From assembly GCA_021151535.1 (NCBI GenBank), contig JAGKXC010000004.1, forward strand, positions 25,513 to 89,512: a DNA stretch of 64,000 bases. Reading direction: 5' to 3'. Origin of the DNA: Sphingobacteriia bacterium. GTDB lineage: Bacteria; Bacteroidota; Bacteroidia; NS11-12g; UBA955. The notes under the pieces were generated by a model. The model did no database searches. It worked only from the letters and a program-made list of their open reading frames with translations, and had not been told where the DNA came from. The position numbers and the translations under genes are program-made. Below, in pieces: positions 39,801 through 48,972 of this stretch (positions are counted from its first letter, which is position 1; the number at the start of each line of letters is the position of its first letter).

Positions 39801-41063
39801 ACAATGGTTATCCGAAACCCTTACAGAGAAAGAGTAAGCAACATCTGAAGCCATACCAATTCCCGGGGTCCATTCAAAATCGGCATAAGCTAATCGTTTT
39901 TGGTTCCAGGATGATTTTGCCGCTACAGTAAACTTAGCCCCTGGAATACCTTTATTCCAAGTAATAGTTGTTGTATCAGGGATAGTTTGGTAAGGAGTAA
40001 AAGTTTCGTCATCAGATTCAACTTTAAACTTCAAGGTTTCTCCCTCACAAACTTTATATGAATAAGGACCTAAAACCGTTGGAGCTTTATTGTATCCGCA
40101 ATCGTCTTTAACAATCAACTGCATATCCCGTCGGGTTTTACCTATCATAATCCATTTTTTACTTGCACTATCCTGACGCCATTCTGTGATCTGGATTACG
40201 GCAATACCCACCTCATCACATTTGGTTGGAGTAAAGATGATATCTCCATTACTGGTATCAAAATACAAACCACGAGGAGGGTTAGTTTTGGTATTTGGAC
40301 TACACTTAATCGAGGTAGGAGGAATACAATAAGGCGTCATGAAATAACGCTTATCAAAGGGTGATGAATAAGAAACTGAAGTATTGGGTATATTGCTTAT
40401 ACCTGACTCAAGTGAATATGAAAATGAATCATAATCTACAGTATCAATCGCACCATTATTAAAATAATAGGCCTGATTACAACACAAATAACCCAATGGT
40501 TCGTTTGCTAACTGTGGTGAAGAGTTACATTTATTGGTTGTCTTTTTGATATTACAGATGTTGATCATACAAGTACTGTAAAAGTCGTTACCCGCAGGAC
40601 CTGTAGTAATAGCACCGTTTCTACAGCACTGACCAATGTAAAATGTTACTTCACAACAGTTACTTTTATTTACAAAGTTGTTTAGTGGAGATTGTCCAAA
40701 ATCAACAGTTACTTCGTAAGTATGTTCTTCTACTCCTTCTCCAGTACTTCCTGTGTTTTGAGGCGTACAAGGTGAAGATGCGGTTGAACAACGAGGGGTT
40801 ACGTCCCTGATATTGGTTCTGGAAATTGACATGGAATAATTACCACAACCATTTCCACCATTGGTTCCACCAAAAACACCAAAAGTTGGTGAGTTAAAGG
40901 AGATACCTCTACAATCTCGATAGATCTTTGCTGTAATCTTGTACTTACCATTGCCTAAACACTTGTAAGACATATCCGCACCCATCATGTGAGATGCTGA
41001 AAGCTTTGAAAATGTGAGCATTGACAGAAACAAGATTGTCAATAACTGTAGTTTTTTCTTCAT
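36839..41063 (-). pseudogene. Giant (~1400 aa) T9SS type-B sorting-domain adhesin-like protein, split into three ORFs by two frameshifts
   Basis: ORF 39360..41063 has the signal peptide and the SHMMGADMSYKC...YRDC N-domain typical of gliding-motility CTD proteins. ORF 36839..37936 ends in the type-B CTD (IPNVFTPD..FKP..IIFNRWGEKLYET.D...GWDG...EGVY...VTLLR). My frame tracing shows open, protein-like continuation across both junctions. Confidence 0.75.
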
Positions 41064-41093
41064 ACTTTTAGGTTTGTTTGTTGTTTTGACACC

Positions 41094-41106
41094 TATATAT
41101 ATATAT
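41094..41106. repeat. (TA)6 dinucleotide microsatellite in the upstream region of the giant adhesin gene
   Basis: TATATATATATAT lies 31-43 nt upstream of the start codon at 41063. Confidence 0.9.
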
Positions 41107-41261
41107 GTGTTGCCTCCAAAAATAAACTTTTTTCATTAAAACTCCCGAATTACTAAAAAAAATGAAGCTTCTATGGCAGAACTAATCGCATATTCATTCA
41201 ATTTTATCAAAAAAATCTTAACCTTCCATTTCAATTCAATACATTGATGTATTTTTACAAC

Positions 41262-42548
41262 ATGAATACGAAGTACATCAACCCTAGTAAGGATTTATTC
41301 ATCAAGAATCGCCAGAAATTCACAAGTAAAATGACACCTGGCAGTATTGCATTATTTCATTGCAATGATGAAGTTCCTAGAAATGGTGATGCTTACTTCA
41401 GTTTCAGGCAGCAATCAGATATTTACTATTTAACCGGTATTGATCAAGAAGATACCATTTTGGTTTTATTCCCAGATGCACCCAACCCAATGTATCGCGA
41501 AATGTTATTCATTAAAGAGACAAGCGAACAAATTGCCATTTGGGATGGGGCTCGTTTAACACCCAATCAAGCGTATGATGTTTCAGGTATTTCTCAGGTT
41601 TTTTGGTACCATGATTTTTGGCGAACCATACACGCGGCGATTTTGTTAGCAGAAACAATTTATGTAAATCTTAATGAAAATGATAGATTTACAGACAAAG
41701 TTTCTTATGCGGGTATTAGGTTTGCGAAAGAAATCATTAACAAATATCCCGCTCATCAAATCAAACGATCTGCACCCATTTTAGCAGATCTAAGGATGAG
41801 AAAAGAACCAGAAGAAATAACTCAATTAAAAGAAGCTATTTCTATAACAAAAAAAGGATTTGATCGATTACTATCTTTCATTAAACCTGGTGTAATGGAA
41901 TATGAAGTTGAAGCTGAATTAATTCACGAATTCATTAGAAATAGAAGTAAAGGTTTCGCATTCGACCCAATCATTGCAGGTGGCAAGAATGCATGCGTTC
42001 TTCATTACATCGAAAACAACAAAGTATTAAATGACGGCGACTTGGTTTTATTAGACTTTGGAGCAGAATATGGAAATTACAACGGTGATTTATCGAGAAC
42101 ATTGCCCGTAAATGGCAAATTCACTCAACGCCAGAAAGAAGTTTACAATGCCGTATTGAGTGTTCAACGATACGCCAAAACCCTGTTAAAACCAGGAATT
42201 AGCATCCCCAATTACCATGATGAAGTTTGCAAATTCATGTCTGAAGAATTAATCAAATTGGGTTTAATAACAACAGCTGAATTAAAATCCAATCCAAAGG
42301 CATTTTTAAAATATTACATGCACGGTACATCACATCATTTGGGCTTGGATGTACATGATGTTATGCATCGTTGGGGCAATCTTGATTTAAACAATGTTGT
42401 TACAGTAGAGCCTGGAATCTATATCCCTGAAGAGGGCATCGGAATTAGAATTGAAAACGATGTGGTAATTAGAGATAACGGTGTTGAAGATTTAATGGAA
42501 GATTACTTAATTGAAGTTGAAGAAATAGAACAGGCGATGAATAAATAA
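41262..42548 (+). CDS. pepP: Xaa-Pro aminopeptidase (M24B)
   Basis: Creatinase-like N-domain. Metal ligands in LLDFGAEYGNYNGDLSRT, HGTSHHLGLDVHD and VEPGIY...GIRIEND. Confidence 0.85.
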   Translation: MNTKYINPSKDLFIKNRQKFTSKMTPGSIALFHCNDEVPRNGDAYFSFRQQSDIYYLTGIDQEDTILVLFPDAPNPMYREMLFIKETSEQIAIWDGARLTPNQAYDVSGISQVFWYHDFWRTIHAAILLAETIYVNLNENDRFTDKVSYAGIRFAKEIINKYPAHQIKRSAPILADLRMRKEPEEITQLKEAISITKKGFDRLLSFIKPGVMEYEVEAELIHEFIRNRSKGFAFDPIIAGGKNACVLHYIENNKVLNDGDLVLLDFGAEYGNYNGDLSRTLPVNGKFTQRQKEVYNAVLSVQRYAKTLLKPGISIPNYHDEVCKFMSEELIKLGLITTAELKSNPKAFLKYYMHGTSHHLGLDVHDVMHRWGNLDLNNVVTVEPGIYIPEEGIGIRIENDVVIRDNGVEDLMEDYLIEVEEIEQAMNK

Positions 42549-42554
42549 TTGATT

Positions 42555-43223
42555 TTATTGCCAACCCAATTTCCCTTTAAGTGGAACAAATTTACAATCG
42601 TTAAAAACCTCTGTTTTAGATTGATTTTCAGCCACTTTAGTAATTCTTAACATCTTTTGATCTTCCCTGTTTTCTCCAACGGGAATAATCAACCTACCTC
42701 CTACTTTCAATTGCTGAATTAGTGTTTCAGGGACACTTGGAGCTCCAGCCGTAACAATAATTACTTCATATGGAGCAAAATTGGGCAAACCCAAAGATCC
42801 ATCGCCATGAAATAATGAAATATTGTATTCAATTAATTGAAATAAATGAGATGTTTGCTGTAGAATTGGTAAAATATATTCAACACTAAAAACTCGAGCA
42901 CCTAATTTGTGCAATACAGCTGCCTGATAGCCACTTCCCGTGCCAATTTCCAATACTCTATCACCTGCACTAACACCAGAAAGTTGCGTTTGGTAAGCAA
43001 CAGTAAATGGTTGCGAGATAGTCTGACCATGATCAATTGGAAAAGCGGCATCACGGTAAACAAATTGATCAAAGTCTCTTGGAAAAAACCATTGCCTAGG
43101 AATTTCATTCATCGCAGAAAGCACTAATTCCGAGGTAATTCCTTTTTTTCTTAATTCTTCAATCAGTCTTTTTCTTTGACCTTGTTGAACCAAAGTGTCT
43201 ACTAAATCTATCTTTCGAATCAT
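42555..43223 (-). CDS. pcm: Protein-L-isoaspartate O-methyltransferase
   Basis: GQTISQPF and VLEIGTGSGYQAAVL motifs. Start at MIRKIDL. Confidence 0.9.
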   Translation of the reverse strand: MIRKIDLVDTLVQQGQRKRLIEELRKKGITSELVLSAMNEIPRQWFFPRDFDQFVYRDAAFPIDHGQTISQPFTVAYQTQLSGVSAGDRVLEIGTGSGYQAAVLHKLGARVFSVEYILPILQQTSHLFQLIEYNISLFHGDGSLGLPNFAPYEVIIVTAGAPSVPETLIQQLKVGGRLIIPVGENREDQKMLRITKVAENQSKTEVFNDCKFVPLKGKLGWQ

Positions 43224-43291
43224 GTGTTTACAAACAAAATAATATGCAAGGGTAAGTTTTACCAATTTTGCATCGACTACAAAAGTAAGAC

Positions 43292-44266
43292 ATGCAGAAG
43301 TCGATTGTCATAGGTTCAAAAAGAAAATCGGAAATTTTCGAGCACTTGCTAATTTCATTTCCCGATATGCAGTTGGTTGGATATATTGATCCTGACGACG
43401 CGCATAATTTTTCAATGCTCGGAGAATTTATCATGGCACTTGATTTTGGGAAAAAAGCAGATGTGTTCTTCATAGACAGAAGTGTAAATAATTTACCCTA
43501 TAATTTTATTGCCAATTTGGTAAAATTGGGAAAACATTTATTTTTCGATGGCTATGTAAATTGGGAATCCGGAAGTTGGTCTGAAATCGCCAAATATGCT
43601 TCAGAATCTGGTTCAATTATTCATTTCGGTCATACGCTATACAACAAACCCCTATTTACTTCTGCCATCCACTTGGTTAAGAGACCCAGATTGATAAAAA
43701 TTGAAAAATATTGTTTGGCTCCTAAATCTGGAGAGTTTTCTATGTGGTTATTCAATCACCTATTCCAAGAAATAGATTTGGTTCTTAGGGTCATGAATAA
43801 TCCAATCCGCAGTATTCATGCCAGACCCATGTTTTTATTTGGTACGCAAACAGATTTGCTTAATATTCAAATTGAATTCGCTAATGATGCTGTAGCCGTA
43901 GTAAATTTAGGCAGGGCGATTGAACCTAACACACACAATTTTCAAATTTATCAGCAAGATAAATTGTTTTCAATTGATTTTCAGCAGAATCAACTTTTCG
44001 AATTTAGGGCGGCTAATAATCTTCAGCAATTAACCTTGGCAGAAGAATTGGATTTAGAATCACCTGATGACTCATTGCATTCAAATTTAGTAAAAATTGA
44101 AAGAACAATTATGTTATTTGATGTTTGGAAAATGGAATTGAGAAACTTCATTGAAAACATTGAAAAGAACCTAACGCCAATGAGTCATATCGACCATGTT
44201 CAAAATACTGCCGAAGTTTGCGAACAAATAATTGAGAAAATACAGCGTAAATACCAAGAAGTTTAA
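43292..44266 (+). CDS. Hypothetical protein, possibly a degenerate Gfo/Idh/MocA-like fold without the GxGxxG motif
   Basis: Only a loose architectural resemblance. The N-terminus IVIGSKRKSE sits where the dinucleotide loop would be. Confidence 0.3.
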   Translation: MQKSIVIGSKRKSEIFEHLLISFPDMQLVGYIDPDDAHNFSMLGEFIMALDFGKKADVFFIDRSVNNLPYNFIANLVKLGKHLFFDGYVNWESGSWSEIAKYASESGSIIHFGHTLYNKPLFTSAIHLVKRPRLIKIEKYCLAPKSGEFSMWLFNHLFQEIDLVLRVMNNPIRSIHARPMFLFGTQTDLLNIQIEFANDAVAVVNLGRAIEPNTHNFQIYQQDKLFSIDFQQNQLFEFRAANNLQQLTLAEELDLESPDDSLHSNLVKIERTIMLFDVWKMELRNFIENIEKNLTPMSHIDHVQNTAEVCEQIIEKIQRKYQEV

Positions 44267-44290
44267 CAAGTTATTGGTTATTTTCGCAAT

Positions 44291-45193
44291 GTGAGGCAAT
44301 TAACCAACAACTATTTTTACCTTATAGTTACATCTACTATCATCGGATTATTGGGTTGTAAATCCTCTTCTACCGATGTACCTGCCTACTTAGATATTGA
44401 TAGTGTTAGTGTTGTATCGCATTCTGGCCAAGGTAATAATATCCATCAAATCACTGCTGTTCAAATTTACGCCAACGCTGAGTATTTGGGATTATTTGAA
44501 CTTCCATGTAAAGTACCTGTATTAAAATCAGGTGCTATTAAAATTGAATGTTATCCTTACGTAAAACTGAATGGGAAGAACAATCAATGGGCTCCCTATC
44601 GTATTTTAAAAACTTCCGATACAATCCTTAATTTCAACCCACAAAAACACAGTTCTTATAACCCAACTTTCAAATTTAGAACTGAAACCTATTTCCGGTT
44701 AGAAGAAGATTTTTCTGATGGTAATTCTAAATTGATTCCAATACCTAAACTTACATTAGGCGATACCATGGGTGTGGAAGAACGTCCGTTTGATTTATCC
44801 GATAGATTTAAATCAGCCAACAATAAAGTATTTGTTGCAAAATTTGAGAATACGGATACAGCAAAATATATGGACATTGCCACATTTGATTCTTATTTTG
44901 GAATTCCTGTAGATGGCAGAAGTATTCAATTAGAATATGATATTAATTGTGACTTACCTGTTCAATTGTCATTGGTAAGGACAATAAATGGTGTTCCTGA
45001 ATTGGTGCCATTTCTTTATATGAACGCTACAGGAAAAAAATGGAAAAGATTCTATGTGGATATTTCGCCCGAAATTGCAGGATTTGACCCAGGTCTTTCC
45101 ATTCAACTTGTCTTTAGTATCAACAAACCATCTGGTTTTATCAACAACAGGGAAATATTAATTGATAATCTGCGTTTGAGTTACCTGAATTAA
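44291..45193 (+). CDS. Hypothetical lipoprotein
   Basis: GTG start and lipobox LLGCKSS. No recognisable domain. Its stop abuts the next gene's ATG. Confidence 0.5.
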   Translation: MRQLTNNYFYLIVTSTIIGLLGCKSSSTDVPAYLDIDSVSVVSHSGQGNNIHQITAVQIYANAEYLGLFELPCKVPVLKSGAIKIECYPYVKLNGKNNQWAPYRILKTSDTILNFNPQKHSSYNPTFKFRTETYFRLEEDFSDGNSKLIPIPKLTLGDTMGVEERPFDLSDRFKSANNKVFVAKFENTDTAKYMDIATFDSYFGIPVDGRSIQLEYDINCDLPVQLSLVRTINGVPELVPFLYMNATGKKWKRFYVDISPEIAGFDPGLSIQLVFSINKPSGFINNREILIDNLRLSYLN

Positions 45194-46612
45194 ATGAATA
45201 AATTTCGTCAAAGGGCACTACACCTAGCAGCAGACTGGATCGCAGCAACAATAAGTTGGTTGGGACTATTCTTTTTTAGAAAGAATTTTATTGAAGCTTC
45301 TAAACATGGTTATGAAATCCCGGTAAATCAAGACAATAACTTATATTTGGGTCTGTTATTAATTCCCATATTTTGGATTTGTTTGTATGCCATAACAGGC
45401 TATTATAAATATATATTCAGAAGATCCAGATTAAAGGAATTTCAATTTACTTTTAATCAATCTATAATTGGTGTAACATTTTTATTTTTCACCTTAATTA
45501 TTGATGATAGCATTTCGAGTTATAGAGATTATTATCTTTCGGTGGGTGTATTATTTGGATTCCATTTCTCAAGTACCTTACTATTTCGCCTAATTGTTGC
45601 CACCCAAACGATCCATAAGATAAAAAATCGTGTTTGGGGATATCCAACAGTAATCGTTGGATGTGGCCCTAAAGCACTTGAACTTTATCAAGAACTAAAA
45701 AATCAAAAGAAATCAGAGGGCTTTTTCATTGTGGGATTTGTGCAAATTGAAGAGAATTGTTTAACTGAATTTCAGAACCAATTACCTCTTCTGGGTTCTT
45801 GGAAAGATTTACCTCAACTAATTGCTAAATATAAAATAGAAGATATCATATTATGTTCGGAGCACTCGGAAAACCCAATTATTACCCAAGTAATTGATAG
45901 TGTTCAAAATGAAGATATTCATTTGAAAATTATTCCAGATCAATTTAGCTTGGTTTATGGAATGGTGAAAATGAATAATATTTTAGGAACTATGTTGGTT
46001 GAAGTTGATTTTGAAGTTATGCCAGTTTGGCAAAAGATTGTAAAACGTGGGATCGACATTATGGTTTCTCTCATAGCATTGATTTTACTACTGCCAGTTT
46101 TTGCCATAATCGCAATAGCCATTAAAATTGATAGTAATGGACCAATAATTTTCCATCAAGAAAGAATTGGTTTAAAAGGAAAACCATTTCAAATATTGAA
46201 GTTCAGGAGCATGAAAATGGATGCCGAAGCAACCGGCACACCAAAATTAAGTCATGACCAAGACGATCGAAGAACCAAAATTGGTATCCTACTTCGAAGA
46301 ACTCGCTTAGACGAATTACCTCAGTTTTTTAATGTATTAATTGGACAAATGAGTCTGGTTGGACCTCGTCCAGAACGTCAATTCTTTATCAATCAAATTG
46401 TTGCCTCTGCCCCACTCTATAAAAGATTGCATAGAATTAAACCCGGAATTACATCTTGGGGTCAAATCAAATACGGATATGCAACCAATGTAAATGAAAT
46501 GATAGACAGAATGAAATACGATATTTTGTACTTAGAGAATATGTCGTTAGGCCTTGACTTCAAAATCATGCTGTATACTGCCTTGATTATGATCCAGGGA
46601 AGAGGAAAGTGA
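45194..46612 (+). CDS. Polyprenyl-phosphate glycosyl-1-phosphate transferase (WbaP/EpsB-type bacterial sugar transferase)
   Basis: Four to five N-terminal TM helices and a central Rossmann-like region. C-terminal DELPQFFNVLIGQMSLVGPRPE and KPGITSWGQI motifs. Confidence 0.85.
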   Translation: MNKFRQRALHLAADWIAATISWLGLFFFRKNFIEASKHGYEIPVNQDNNLYLGLLLIPIFWICLYAITGYYKYIFRRSRLKEFQFTFNQSIIGVTFLFFTLIIDDSISSYRDYYLSVGVLFGFHFSSTLLFRLIVATQTIHKIKNRVWGYPTVIVGCGPKALELYQELKNQKKSEGFFIVGFVQIEENCLTEFQNQLPLLGSWKDLPQLIAKYKIEDIILCSEHSENPIITQVIDSVQNEDIHLKIIPDQFSLVYGMVKMNNILGTMLVEVDFEVMPVWQKIVKRGIDIMVSLIALILLLPVFAIIAIAIKIDSNGPIIFHQERIGLKGKPFQILKFRSMKMDAEATGTPKLSHDQDDRRTKIGILLRRTRLDELPQFFNVLIGQMSLVGPRPERQFFINQIVASAPLYKRLHRIKPGITSWGQIKYGYATNVNEMIDRMKYDILYLENMSLGLDFKIMLYTALIMIQGRGK

Positions 46613-46681
46613 ACTTTTCTTCGACTAAATTGTTTCTAAACAGTTTAGTGTGGTTATGTTTTATTGTAATTTTACCTCGTT

Positions 46682-47644
46682 ATGAGCGTTTCTCCTATGT
46701 CTGCCATTTGGCGATTAGTTAGTATTGAAAAAAAGAACATTCATTACTTGTATACCTATGCAATTATTGCGGGTTTAATGAGTTTAACAATTCCATTGGG
46801 AATTCAAGCATTAATTGGTGCAGTAATGGTTGGAAAGTTAAGCAGTAGTTGGTTTATTTTAGTTACAGGAATAACATTATTAGCCGCAGTTGCAGGATTA
46901 ACCAGGTTGGCCCAACTTTCCATTTTGGATGCAATTCAACGAAAATTATTCGTGCGATTTTCCCTGCATTTTGCCAAGAAATTATTTGCAAAAAGCAAAC
47001 ACGATCAAGGATCGATGAATGCCATGTTGAAATCTTCTCGTTTTCTAGATATCGTTACATTGCAAAAGAGTTTTTCCAAATTGATATTGGATTTCACTAG
47101 TAAAGCTTTACAAATTGTTGCAGGATTAGCGCTTTTAGCCGTATATCATTCTTCATTTATTATTCTGGCGATTGTTATCGCAATCATTATTTATATTGGT
47201 TTTAAACTTACTTGGACGAAAGGTTTTGAAACTGCCCGACAAGAAAGTAATTACAAATTCTCCACGGCCGATACCATTCAATCAATCGTTTCTAATAATG
47301 AAATTCAAACTGAGGATGACCTAATCAATGTTTTAGAGCCTCATTTAGATGGTTATGTAGGCAATAGAAATGCGCATTTCGCCATATTAAAAAAACAAGC
47401 ACTCTTTGCTATTATCACAAAAATCATTCTTACAGCAGCCATGTTAATTATTGGCAGTAATTTATTGATTGAACAGCAAATATCTCTAGGTCAATTTCTT
47501 GCTGCTGAAATCTTAATAATCACGCTTTTAGATGCAGTTGAAAAACTAATATTAACCGTTGAATACATCTATGATTGTGGAATTGCCATTGAGAAATTAC
47601 AGATTTTTTCTAATTCAAAATCTCTAAAAGAATTGGAGGCTTAA
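46682..47644 (+). CDS. ABC-exporter-type transmembrane domain protein with no nucleotide-binding domain
   Basis: Six TM helices arranged as in type-I ABC exporter membrane domains (HlyB/bacteriocin exporter-like). Ends ...IEKLQIFSNSKSLKELEA at the position of the TMD-NBD linker. Confidence 0.6.
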   Translation: MSVSPMSAIWRLVSIEKKNIHYLYTYAIIAGLMSLTIPLGIQALIGAVMVGKLSSSWFILVTGITLLAAVAGLTRLAQLSILDAIQRKLFVRFSLHFAKKLFAKSKHDQGSMNAMLKSSRFLDIVTLQKSFSKLILDFTSKALQIVAGLALLAVYHSSFIILAIVIAIIIYIGFKLTWTKGFETARQESNYKFSTADTIQSIVSNNEIQTEDDLINVLEPHLDGYVGNRNAHFAILKKQALFAIITKIILTAAMLIIGSNLLIEQQISLGQFLAAEILIITLLDAVEKLILTVEYIYDCGIAIEKLQIFSNSKSLKELEA

Positions 47645-47645
47645 C

Positions 47646-48965
47646 ATGAATCAAGAATTACTAACAAAAAAAGAGAATTTCTGGTTAAAAAACAGTGATT
47701 GGGTTGGCCGAAAAGTTAGAACTAGAATTATTTTAGCCTGTTTTCTTCTTGCGATATTTCTGTTTTTGCCGTGGACACAGAATATCCAAACAACAGGAAT
47801 TGCTACTACACTCTTACCAAGTGAACAACCGCAGGAAATTCAAACTGTAATAGCGGGCCGAATTACGAGATGGAACATAAAAGATGGTGATTTCGTTAAA
47901 AAGGGTGATACTATTTGCGTATTGGATGAAGTGAAAAGTGAATACTTAAATCCAGATTTACTATCACAAACAGACATTCAGATACAAGCCAAAGAACAAT
48001 CTGTATTGAGTTATAATTCTAAAATCTCTGCCATAAACGACCAGATAAAGCAATTGGAGTCTGTAAGAGATTTAAGTTTCAAAAAAACGGTTAATAAAAT
48101 TGAACAAGAACAACTGAAATTAAATGCAGAAATCGCTGAATTAACTGCTGCGTCCAAAAATGCAGAAATCGCCAAAAAACAATTCGAAAGGGATAGTATT
48201 TTAGGGCTAGAAAAACTAAGAAGTTCAATTGAAGTAGAAAACAGAAGATTAAAATGGCAAGAAGCCATAGCCAAACTATATTCTGCAGAGGCAAAAGTAA
48301 AAATTGCTAAAGCGAGCTTGGAAAATGCCAAAATTGAATTACAAAATATTCGCTCTGAATATGGTGAGAAACTTTCAAAAACTGAAAGCGAAAGATATTC
48401 AGCTATTTCAGCTCAATTAGAAACAGAGGCCGAAGTGAGTAAATTAAGAAACTCATATTCTAATTACGCAATTCGAGCAGGTTTTTACTTCATTCTCGCT
48501 CCCCAATCAGGAATAATTTCCAAAACATTAGTAAAAGGCATTGGCGAGACAGTGAAAGAAGGAGATGCAATTTGTACCATCGTTCCAGATGGTGCTTCTA
48601 TGGCTGTGGCTATGAATGTAAAGCCTGTTGACTTGCCATTATTCTCGAAAAATTTGCATGTGCAATTTGTTTTTGATGGTTGGCCAACAATAGTTTTCTC
48701 CGGTTGGCCACAAACCAGTTATGGTACATTCCCTGGAGAGATCTATGCAATAGATAACAATATCAACGAAAAAGGAGAATATCGCGTTTTGGTTAGACCC
48801 GCTAAAGGAGAAAAACCATGGCCCGATCAATTAAAGGTTGGTGTTGGTGCAAGAGGTTATGTATTGTTAAAAACAGTACCTGTGTGGTATGAAATTTGGC
48901 GGCAATTAAATGGTTTTCCACCTGATTTTTACAAGTTCGCTAACACAGAAAAAAAGAAAAAATAA
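47646..48965 (+). CDS. HlyD-family membrane fusion (periplasmic adaptor) protein
   Basis: N-terminal TM anchor, lipoyl-like hairpin (GRITRWNIKDGDFVKKGDTICVLD), long coiled-coil and a beta-barrel C-domain. Confidence 0.8.
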   Translation: MNQELLTKKENFWLKNSDWVGRKVRTRIILACFLLAIFLFLPWTQNIQTTGIATTLLPSEQPQEIQTVIAGRITRWNIKDGDFVKKGDTICVLDEVKSEYLNPDLLSQTDIQIQAKEQSVLSYNSKISAINDQIKQLESVRDLSFKKTVNKIEQEQLKLNAEIAELTAASKNAEIAKKQFERDSILGLEKLRSSIEVENRRLKWQEAIAKLYSAEAKVKIAKASLENAKIELQNIRSEYGEKLSKTESERYSAISAQLETEAEVSKLRNSYSNYAIRAGFYFILAPQSGIISKTLVKGIGETVKEGDAICTIVPDGASMAVAMNVKPVDLPLFSKNLHVQFVFDGWPTIVFSGWPQTSYGTFPGEIYAIDNNINEKGEYRVLVRPAKGEKPWPDQLKVGVGARGYVLLKTVPVWYEIWRQLNGFPPDFYKFANTEKKKK

Positions 48966-48972
48966 ATCGACC

